From: Prasinococcaceae sp. CCMP 1430
Lineage: Eukaryota; Plantae; Prasinodermophyta
Direction of reading: 5' to 3'
Assembly (NCBI GenBank): GCA_013416795.1
Contig: RQSC01000033.1
Coordinates: forward strand, 33,963 to 47,986
DNA length: 14,024 nt
Made by a program: the position numbers and the translations under genes. Of the stretch, positions 1 through 7,538 are shown piece after piece (position 1 is the first letter of the stretch; each line of letters begins with the position of its first letter). The notes under the pieces were generated by a model. It saw only the letters and a program-made list of their open reading frames with translations. It was not told the origin of the DNA and searched no databases.

Positions 1-1
1 C

Positions 2-1582
2 GAGGCCTGCTCGGCCGCCGCCGCGTGCGCGGCGATGCGCGCCGCGGCCGACTCGGACGCGCTGTGGCTGTCGCTGCACGCGCGCACGTTCGGCGGCAGG
101 CCCGCGCGCAAGTTCGTCGGCCCGCGCGCGGAGTGCGTCCAGAGCGTGGCGCAGGTCGCGCCCTGGGAGGACTGCCTGCTGTACGAGCGCCACGCGCCGC
201 GCGCGAGGGCCGCGGGCGCGCGCGCCGTGGGGCCCTCCGAGGGCGCGCGCAGCTTCTGGTGGGACGTCCAAGGCGGGGCGGCGGTGAGCGGCGAGGGGAA
301 GCGCGTGCGGCTCTGGGAGCCCACGAGCGGGCGCCGCGTCGCCACCTCGGCGCTGCGCACCCGCACGACGTGCGTCCACGCGCGCGGCGGGCGATGCGTC
401 GCGGGCGACCAGGGCGGCACGATATACCTCCTCGACGCCGAGGAGAACTCGTTCGCCCCCGTGCCCTGCGGTGGCGCGGGCGTCGACGGCGCCGTCACCG
501 CGGTCCTGCTGCCGTCGCGCGACCCCACCGCGGCGTACCTCGGTGCGGGCATGGACGGCGTCGTCAAGGTCATGCTGGGGCAAAGCGTCGTGTCCGAAAT
601 CGACGCGAGCGTGCGGGCGCACGTCGGCGGCGCCTTCGCGCCAGCGGCTCCCGAGCGCGGCGCGACATGCCTTGCCGCCCCCTTGCACGCGCGCGGCCAA
701 GTCTACGCCAGCGTGGCGGGCGGGGGCGTGTGCGCGATCGACCTCGATCGCTGCTCGCGCATGTGGTCCGCCGTCGACGCGCGCTCTCACGGGGCAGGCA
801 GCTGCGCTCACCTCCCGGACGCCGACCAGGGCGCGCGCGCAGCTGACGCGTTCGCGCCCGTGCGACACGTGAGCGCGGCATGCAATGGGTCCGTGATCGC
901 GGTGGCGCGCGCGGGCGGCGTGTCGCTCTGGGACACGCGCGTCGACGCGCGCAGCGGGGCGCCCTGCGCCGCGGTCGCGGTGCCCCGAGCGCGGCCGGGC
1001 GCGCGGGCCGGCGCGGACGCGTTCATGACACCCGCCACCGTCCAGCTCGACGACTGGAAGCTGCTGGCGAGCGGCGGCGAACGCGGTGGCGTGCGCGTGT
1101 ATGACATCCGCGCCGTCGGTGGGCCGCCCCGCGAGCGCGCTGGCGCGCACAAGTTGGGCGGGAGCGTCGATGTGGACGCCTTCTCGCTGGAGATGGATGT
1201 TCTTCTGGACCTGTCGTGCGGCACGGGCGAGGGCGCGTGCGCTCGCGCGCCCGCACAGGTGCAGGCGTGCGACCCTGCCTGCCTCGGCGTGCTCGGGCCC
1301 GGCGTGGACGTGAGCGTGCTGCACGCCAGTGGCAGCGACGTCATCGCCGGCGCCGAGGACTTCTCGCTAATGCGCTGGGAGCTGGGTGTATCGCACGTGA
1401 GCGCGCTCGCCCGCGGCGGTGGCCTCGGCGGAAGCGGCGGCGGCGGCGCGCGCGGCGACTCGTTCTGCTCGCTTCGCGCGCTCAGCGGGCGGGCCGAGCG
1501 CAAAAGCTCCGACAAGCCAGGCACCAAGAAGGTCCGGCACCGGTATCCCAAGCGACAGGAGGGCTTCCGCGGCTTCAACTGA
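2..1582 (+). CDS. WD40-repeat protein, probably F-box/WD40; 5' end lies upstream of the window
   Basis: Frame is open from nt 2 (EACSAAAACAAMRAAADSDALW, resembling the last helix of an F-box) to TGA 1580-1582. WD-like repeat ends: VRLWEP, IYLLDA, VSLWDTR, LLASGGERGGVRVYDIR, VIAGAEDFSLMRWEL. Basic C-terminal tail KKVRHRYPKRQ. No intron needed. The F-box call is weaker than the WD40 call. Confidence 0.65.
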   Translation, partial: EACSAAAACAAMRAAADSDALWLSLHARTFGGRPARKFVGPRAECVQSVAQVAPWEDCLLYERHAPRARAAGARAVGPSEGARSFWWDVQGGAAVSGEGKRVRLWEPTSGRRVATSALRTRTTCVHARGGRCVAGDQGGTIYLLDAEENSFAPVPCGGAGVDGAVTAVLLPSRDPTAAYLGAGMDGVVKVMLGQSVVSEIDASVRAHVGGAFAPAAPERGATCLAAPLHARGQVYASVAGGGVCAIDLDRCSRMWSAVDARSHGAGSCAHLPDADQGARAADAFAPVRHVSAACNGSVIAVARAGGVSLWDTRVDARSGAPCAAVAVPRARPGARAGADAFMTPATVQLDDWKLLASGGERGGVRVYDIRAVGGPPRERAGAHKLGGSVDVDAFSLEMDVLLDLSCGTGEGACARAPAQVQACDPACLGVLGPGVDVSVLHASGSDVIAGAEDFSLMRWELGVSHVSALARGGGLGGSGGGGARGDSFCSLRALSGRAERKSSDKPGTKKVRHRYPKRQEGFRGFN

Positions 1583-1670
1583 CGCCGCCGCGCGGGCGAC
1601 GGCGCTGCGCCTCGCGCGCGCGCCGACGAAACTCTAACATACTCTTCTATCCAGGCCATTTCGCGCACGC

Positions 1671-2521
1671 TCAGCTATTTTGGTCATCTGCCTCCTCGCC
1701 GCCATCCTCGCTCGCCTCCTCGCCGCCATCCTCGCTCGCCTCCTCCGCTGCCTCTGCCTCCGCGACGGCGGCCGCGTCCGTGTACATGCGCACATAACGT
1801 CGGGAGTCCACGCACAGCGCCACCGGCGGCCACACGATGGACTCCTGGTCGACCTGCCGATCCGAGCGCGGTCGAGTCAGCCGGCAGCCGCGAGGGCGCG
1901 TCGGCTCGCGCGAGGGCGCTCGTGCGCGCGCGCGCGCGCGCGCGCCGGCATCGCGCGCGCACCTCTGCAAGTCTGGCCGCGACCGCCCCCTCTATGCCGC
2001 TCTCGATGAAGTCCATCCACGCCCCGGCCGCCGCGCCGCAGTACGCGAGCGCTTCCTCGGCGCTACCAGGATACCGCTCGGGGCGCTGCGTGGCGAACGC
2101 GCGCGCCTCGGCGGCGCGCGCCGGGTCCACCTCGCGCGTGAAGGCGCTCAAGTTGGCGAGGAACACTCCGCAGTACACGTTGGCTTTGAGTGCCGCGTCG
2201 AGCGCGGCATCGAGCTTCGCCTGCGACGCGCCCTCCTCGGCGGAATCGCCGGCGTGGAGCGCCACGAACTCGATCAGAGCGCGCGAGTACGCGAGGTCGG
2301 TGCGCGCGTCAGACTTCCACGCGTCGCTCTCGAGCATTTCTCGCGCGGCGTCTGCCCTCCCGTCGTCGAGCAGCGCGATGATGAGCTCGCCGCGCAGCGC
2401 CCGCACGGCTGCGTCGGCGGGTGCCGCGCGCTCGGCCGCGAGCAGGTGCGTCAGCCTCTCCGCTGCCGCGTCCTCGCACCACTCGAAGCCGCGGTCGGCG
2501 GCGTACGCGCGGGCGCCGTCG
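1671..2521 (-). CDS. TPR/ST7-like helical protein of a mainly bacterial family; exons >2521-1963 and 1853-1671; 5' end in the N-gap
   Basis: Motifs LLDDGRADAAREMLE, LAYSRALIEF, ALDAALKAN and PGSAEEALAY..AGAW match, from memory, bacterial TPR/ST7-like proteins (LLELGRDEEA..LLE, YTRALLAF, ALKANPH, PGxEEEAxxY..AW). A phase-0 intron joins RLAE to VDQESIVWPP. Acidic tail; TGA at 1673-1671. Confidence 0.7.
1690..1745. repeat. 24-nt tandem repeat x2.3 encoding EEASEDGG x2
   Basis: gcctcctcgccgccatcctcgctc at 1690-1713 and 1714-1737, plus partial gcctcctc. Confidence 0.95.
1854..1962 (-). other. Spliceosomal intron, 109 nt, phase 0
   Basis: Donor GTGCGC at 1962, (CG)n tract, branch CTGAC at 1880-1876, acceptor GGCAG ending at 1854. 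Removal joins two protein-like frames. Confidence 0.85.
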
Positions 2522-3063
2522 NNNNNNNNNNNNNNNNNNNNNNNNNNNNNNNNNNNNNNNNNNNNNNNNNNNNNNNNNNNNNNNNNNNNNNNNNNNNNNN
2601 NNNNNNNNNNNNNNNNNNNNNNNNNNNNNNNNNNNNNNNNNNNNNNNNNNNNNNNNNNNNNNNNNNNNNNNNNNNNNNNNNNNNNNNNNNNNNNNNNNNN
2701 NNNNNNNNNNNNNNNNNNNNNNNNNNNNNNNNNNNNNNNNNNNNNNNNNNNNNNNNNNNNNNNNNNNNNNNNNNNNNNNNNNNNNNNNNNNNNNNNNNNN
2801 NNNNNNNNNNNNNNNNNNNNNNNNNNNNNNNNNNNNNNNNNNNNNNNNNNNNNNNNNNNNNNNNNNNNNNNNNNNNNNNNNNNNNNNNNNNNNNNNNNNN
2901 NNNNNNNNNNNNNNNNNNNNNNNNNNNNNNNNNNNNNNNNNNNNNNNNNNNNNNNNNNNNNNNNNNNNNNNNNNNNNNNNNNNNNNNNNNNNNNNNNNNN
3001 NNNNNNNNNNNNNNNNNNNNNNNNNNNNNNNNNNNNNNNNNNNNNNNNNNNNNNNNNNNNNNN
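2522..3063. other. Assembly gap (542 N); must hold the 5' ends and divergent promoter of the TPR-like and MBL genes
   Basis: N run; the flanking genes point away from the gap. Confidence 0.95.
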
Positions 3064-3064
3064 C

Positions 3065-4172
3065 AGGCGGTGCGGCGCCAACGCCGCCCGCCGCTCGGCG
3101 CCACGCGCTGGCGCGCGCGCGGCACCGACGCCGCCGAAGCACAGCCGCGCGGCGGCGACGGTGCAGCCGAGGTGGTACGACCTCAACGCCGCGTACAAAG
3201 AGCGGACGAACTACGACAAGGCAGCGCCGCCGCCGCATCCGCCCTCGGCCGTCATCGCCCGCGGTGGGGGCAGCGAGCCCATCGACGGCGTATTCTTCCT
3301 TGGCCACCGCTCGAAGGGCACGTTCGGTGCGGCAGGCTACCTGCTCCTGCGCGAAGGCGGGAACGTGCTGGTCGACTGCGCCAGGCCGGATGAGCGGCTG
3401 GTTGACGCGGTGCGCGCCCTCGGCGGAGCCAAGTGGCACCTCATGTCGCACACCGATGACGTCGCCGGCCATCATGAGTGGCACGGTACGCACTGGCACA
3501 GTCGCTCGCCCCTGCGCTCTGCGCTCGCGCGCGTGCGTACTGACAGTCGGCCGGACTGGCACGCCGACACGTCGGTACCCACGACTTTTTGCCAGTAGTA
3601 CTGGACCTGCATTGCGCTGACAATTCGGATTCATGCCTCCTGCCCTCGACTGGCACACTGCGACGAACTTCGCGGCACTGAAAGAGGCGCTCGGCGCAAC
3701 ACGAGTGATGCACGTCGCCGAGCGCGGAGGATGGAATGCGCGAGACGCGCGCACAGATGAGATGGAGGTGTGGCTCGGCGCGCCCGAGGATGAGCTGCCC
3801 GCGAGCGCTCGATCCTGGGCGGCCGGGGACGGTCCATGGGTGCTGGGAGGCGAAGACGAGGGCCTGGTGGTGCACCACGTACCAGGACACTCCCTGGGCT
3901 CCGTCGTGCTGCATATGGACGACAAGGTCCTCTTCACCGGCGACCACCTGGCGTTCTCTCAGCGCGCGAAGCTCTTGGGATTCGGATCGAAGCACACGCG
4001 CGACTACCCCGCGCAGATCGAGAGCGTGCGGGCCCTCAGCGGCTTGCCTTTCGAGTGGGTGCTGCCAGGTCACGGAAGGCCGTACCGAGTGTCGCCGCCG
4101 ACCGAGGAAAACGCGCGCCTGGCAATCGAGGGCGCCGCCAACGACATGGAGGCCGGCCTCCTCGACGTGTAA
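3065..4172 (+). CDS. Metallo-beta-lactamase (MBL)-fold hydrolase, cyanobacterial/actinobacterial-like subfamily; exons <3065-3485 and 3685-4172; start in the gap
   Basis: Motifs DGVFFLGHRSKGTFGAAGYLL, GNVLVDCAR, SHTDDVAGH, VPGHSLGS, LFTGDHLAFS and FEWVLPGHG. Splicing restores HHEWHEALGATRVMH. The N-terminal Arg/Ala/Pro-rich stretch looks like a transit peptide. TAA at 4170-4172. Confidence 0.88.
3486..3684 (+). other. Spliceosomal intron, 199 nt, phase 1
   Basis: Donor GTACGC at 3486; CTGAC at 3617-3621; the first AG after it is 3683-3684 (AAG); contains an in-frame stop at 3596-3598; removal restores the family motif. Confidence 0.8.
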
Positions 4173-4311
4173 GAGACCGAGCGCAGCGGAGTGGCGGAGG
4201 TGGCTGCGGAGAGCGATGCGAGAGGCGAGGGCAGACTTCGAAGTCCCCGCGCGGCCGCTCGCTTGAAGAGCGCGAGCGCGCCGCCCGAAGCCTTAGGACA
4301 CGTCAGTCAGT

Positions 4312-4316
4312 TGTAA
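4312..4316 (+). terminator. TGTAA poly(A) signal of the MBL gene (chlorophyte type)
   Basis: TGTAA in an AT-rich patch 140 nt after the stop; a second TGTAA overlaps the stop codon (4168-4172). Confidence 0.55.
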
Positions 4317-4477
4317 GTAATGTATACTTCTGTTTCAGGGTTCATCGCACCACCGCACCGACTCGGGCGCCGCCTGCGCCCGTGGCGCGGCGCGCACGCG
4401 TTCGCAGGTCCCGGTCATTCGCGCTCGCTTACGGGCCCTCGCGCGCGCGTCCGAGTCCTTCGCAGCCCCCGCGCGCC

Positions 4478-5224
4478 CTACAGCGCCATGTTGAAGTAGA
4501 GCGGGATGTCGCCGGCGGCCGAGAGGTTCTCGAGGTACGCCTTGGTCTTGGGGCCGAACTCGGCGCCCTTGACGAGCGTGACGGAGCGCAGGCGCGCCCA
4601 CAGGTCGATGTCGTCGTACGAGAGGCCGCCTTCCGTGCAGCAGTCCTCGCAGCAGATGAGGTCTTCGAGCTTGGCCAGCGCGGCGTTGAGCTCGGGGAGG
4701 AGCTCGGGGGTGCGCGCGAGGGCCTTGTCGAAGTGGCCCCAGCGCTCCTCCATGGTCATGGCGTCGTCCGGCTTCCACTCGGGCTTGTCGAAGGGCGGCA
4801 CGGGGTGTCCCTTGACGAAGTAGTCGCGCGAGTCCGCCTGCTGGAACTCGGGCAGCGCGGCCATCATGTAGCGCGGGCGGTGCAGCAGGCGGAGCAGGTC
4901 CTTCACCTCCTTCATCCACGCCTTGATGTCGTCGCGGCCGCTGGCGGGCTTGAAGAAGCCTGTGGGCCCGAACGCCTCGTCCTCGTCGAACTTGGCGATG
5001 ATGTCCAGCGACTCGCCCATCACCATGCCCTCGTCGGGCTGCTCGTAGATGGGCGCGATCTTCTTGCCGAGCAGCGCGGTGGGCGTGGCCACGTCGTCGT
5101 TCGCCATGAAGACCACCTCGTGCTTGATGTTCTTCAGGCCGAGCGCCAGGCGCACGCGCACGCAGAAGGGGCAGTGGTCGTACACGTAGATCTTCGGCAG
5201 CGTGTCCTTGACGACGCGCGCGGG
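4478..5224 (-). CDS. grxB: Glutaredoxin 2 (GrxB type, GST-like fold), core exon; 5' end ambiguous (spliced to 5373-5459, or unspliced from ATG 5374)
   Basis: KIYVYDHCPFCVRVRLALGLKNI, NDDVATPT, GKK.AP, ESLDII, LSYDDIDLWARLRSVTLVKG and the MAL* terminus all parallel E. coli Grx2 (KLYIYDHCPYC, NDDAETPT, ESMDIV, LSEDDIQLFPLLRNLTLV, MAI*). CPFC at 5173-5162. Confidence 0.93.
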   Translation of the reverse strand, partial: PARVVKDTLPKIYVYDHCPFCVRVRLALGLKNIKHEVVFMANDDVATPTALLGKKIAPIYEQPDEGMVMGESLDIIAKFDEDEAFGPTGFFKPASGRDDIKAWMKEVKDLLRLLHRPRYMMAALPEFQQADSRDYFVKGHPVPPFDKPEWKPDDAMTMEERWGHFDKALARTPELLPELNAALAKLEDLICCEDCCTEGGLSYDDIDLWARLRSVTLVKGAEFGPKTKAYLENLSAAGDIPLYFNMAL

Positions 5225-5372
5225 CTGCGCGATCGTCGTCGTCGTCGCGGCGGCGGTCAGCGCCGGGGCGCCGGCAGGCGGTGGCCGCTGGCGCGCGCGC
5301 GCGCGTGTGTGTGTGTGGAGGGTGCTGCTGGGGGCGCGGCCGTCGAGCCAGCCGCTCAGGGCGGCCGCGCAC
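5225..5372 (-). other. Putative intron, 148 nt, phase 0
   Basis: Donor GTGCGC at 5372, CA/CG microsatellite, GCTGAC at 5261-5256, no AG until CGCAG ending at 5225. Confidence 0.75.
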
Positions 5373-5459
5373 ATTCATCTCCGTCTGGCCGTGCCGGACG
5401 AGCGTCACCGTCTTCTTGCGCGGCTGCGGCGGGAGAGCCGCCCTCGCCGGCGCGCGCGG
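5373..5459 (-). CDS. Exon fragment with a histidine-phosphatase (PGM-family) RHG motif, PRKKTVTLVRHGQTEMN
   Basis: Strand + RHG + xTxxN pattern typical of the family's N-terminus (RHG at 5396-5388), ending exactly at a canonical donor. A possible acceptor CGCAG ends at 5424. Upstream part lies in the gap. Confidence 0.6.
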
Positions 5460-5652
5460 NNNNNNNNNNNNNNNNNNNNNNNNNNNNNNNNNNNNNNNNN
5501 NNNNNNNNNNNNNNNNNNNNNNNNNNNNNNNNNNNNNNNNNNNNNNNNNNNNNNNNNNNNNNNNNNNNNNNNNNNNNNNNNNNNNNNNNNNNNNNNNNNN
5601 NNNNNNNNNNNNNNNNNNNNNNNNNNNNNNNNNNNNNNNNNNNNNNNNNNNN
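5460..5652. other. Assembly gap (193 N) in a divergent intergenic region
   Basis: N run flanked by GCGCG tracts. Confidence 0.95.
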
Positions 5653-5757
5653 GCGCGAAGCGGCACCGCCAGAGCGCGCGCGCGCGAAGCGGCGGCCCGG
5701 CGCAGCGAGCGGGCGCGGACCAGCCCTACCCCCGCCCTTCCCCCCTCCCCTGCGGCC

Positions 5758-7342
5758 ATGAGCAAGGAGGGCTGGCCCGAGAAGGACGTGATCAGGTCCA
5801 CGTGGAACAGGGACGACCTCGTGTACACCGGCGACGACGCGGTGCGAAGCGCGCGCGGCGCCGGCGGCGGAAATGCGACAAGCGGCGCCGGAGCGGCCCA
5901 GACGCTCGTGCTGCGGGGTCGCCACAGCGTTGCGCGGTAGTCACAGGAGCGACGCGAGCGGCGCGCCGCCTCGCTCGCCCACAGACGCGCGCATGCACTA
6001 CGCGCGCGCTCACACGCCCCCCCCACCCCACACACCCCACACACCACCACCACCACCACCACCACCCACCCACTCACTCACCCAACACGCACACACACAC
6101 GCACGCAAACCACCACCACGCGTGCGCGCGCCTGGCTGCCGGCGGCAGGATGCCAACCCCATAACGATCGAGGCGCGCAAGATCATTCCAAACTACAGGC
6201 CGCCACCCGCGAAGAGTCTCGAAGAGAAGATAGAGGAGTGCCTGAAGCACCAAGCCGAGCTGTGGCATCGCTTCAACCGAGGTGACTACAAGGGCTCGCT
6301 CGAGTCAAACCAGCAGCTCTTCTCCTGGGCCACCGAGCTCATCAACCAGTACTACGGCGTCAACGGACCCGGCGACAACAGAACGGACTCGTTCGACGAG
6401 GAACAGAAAGAGATCATTCGTGGCTTTCACCAGACGCAGCTTGACTTCGAGACGAGGCTCGCAGAGGTGGAACCGGAGGATCTCACGCCTCCCGACGAGG
6501 TGCCAGTGCGCGCACGCGCCTGCAACGCGAGCGCGTGCACGCCCGAGGCTGGGCCCTCGCGCGCGGGCTCGTGCGCGCGCGCGTGGCGACGGGCGGCGCA
6601 CGCCGGCGCCCCGCCGCATCCTGAGCCGCTGCGCACTGGCAGAGCACTGACGCCTCCCCCCCCCCGCCGGCCCGCGCGCCCGCAGATGTACGTGCCCGAT
6701 GAGTGGCGCGAGCAGGCCGACTTCGATGAGCTGGTGCTCTTTTTGGACAAGAGAGTCAAAGACTACGAGGCAGGAAGGGGCACCTACGGCGGTTGGACAA
6801 AAGAAGAATACGACGCAGTCAAGGCGGAGCGCCAGAGGAAGAGGGACGACGAGATTCGCGAGTGCTACGGAGGGGAGCTGCCTGACTACGATCGTTGGGA
6901 GGAGTACTGGATCCGGCTGAACAAGGCGTCGCGTCTCACCAAGGACCCCATCAAGATGCCGGAGGACATGTACCACACCGTCGAGGAGTGGCAGGACGGC
7001 GATGAGTTCATAGGCGTCAAGTACGAGGATTACGAGGCGCGCGCCCAGCAGGCGAAGGGCTGGACGGAAGAGGACAGGAAAGAGTTCTGGCTGCGGCTGC
7101 GGCCCAAGCGCAGCCAGCGGGAGACCAAACCGCGCGACTTCAAGCCCGTCTTCGTACCGGGGCCGCACCACATGAATCCGCCGCCCAAGGGCTTCTGGCG
7201 TGACATGAAGACCGGCGAGCCCATCGACCATCCCCCGCATCTCACCGCAGCCGAGTACGAAGAGGTGAAGAAGGACCCGTACTACATGAAGAAGAAAGCG
7301 GAGGAGGTCGAGAAGGCGAAGGAGGCCACGCTCAGGATATAG
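5758..7342 (+). CDS. Unrecognised hydrophilic protein, 363 or 365 aa; exons 5758-5841, 6149-6499 (or 6505), 6686-7342
   Basis: gccATG start; strong coding bias (AAG/GAG/GAC/TAC codons); two phase-0 GT-AG introns; TAG at 7340-7342. The frame is also open upstream to the gap, so an N-terminal extension is possible. No family recognised. Confidence 0.8.
5842..6148 (+). other. Spliceosomal intron, 307 nt, phase 0
   Basis: Donor GTGCGA, C/A-rich body, CTCAC x2 near 6073-6081, about 160 nt without AG before GGCAG. Confidence 0.75.
6017..6119 (+). repeat. C/A low-complexity tract including (CAC)8 at 6042-6065 and CA repeats
   Basis: Directly visible; intronic. Confidence 0.9.
6500..6685 (+). other. 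Spliceosomal intron, 186 or 180 nt (tandem donors GTGCCA 6500 and GTGCGC 6506), phase 0, no in-frame stop
   Basis: ACTGAC at 6646-6651, poly-C tract, CGCAG ending at 6685. The translated intron is Ala/Arg/Pro-rich, unlike the flanking exons. Confidence 0.8.
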
Positions 7343-7538
7343 GACGGTGACCCAAGGCCAGGGCGGGCGACTCGGGAAAAGGCTTGAGCGGCGTCACTCA
7401 GGCGTCGAGCGCGCGCCTTCTCCTCGCCGCACCCTACCGTGCGCTCCATCGGAAGAATTAATACGAATCGTACAGAACCTTTACGAAGCGCCGAAGCCAA
7501 TAGCTGATGTACAGAGTGAAAGAAGGGCGCTCGCAGAC

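Noticed and set aside
1634-1654. CTAAC...pyrimidine...CAG on the + strand resembling a branch point and acceptor after the WD40 stop
   Set aside because: No consensus donor upstream, and splicing would run antisense into the neighbouring CDS. Better explained as the AT-rich 3'-end patch.
1684-3937. ORFs of 400-560 aa running through the first N-gap
   Set aside because: Artefacts of translating N as X; the two sides belong to different, divergent genes.
4234-4249. 12-bp palindrome GACTTCGAAGTC and GAAGTCCCC, resembling RNase MRP CR-I
   Set aside because: One base short of the MRP motif, no CR-V partner, and it lies in a 3' UTR.
4313-4338. 26-nt GTAAGT...TTTCAG mini-intron-like sequence in the MBL 3' UTR
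   Set aside because: Far shorter than the other introns (109-307 nt), the donor type is not used elsewhere here, and it overlaps the poly(A) signal.
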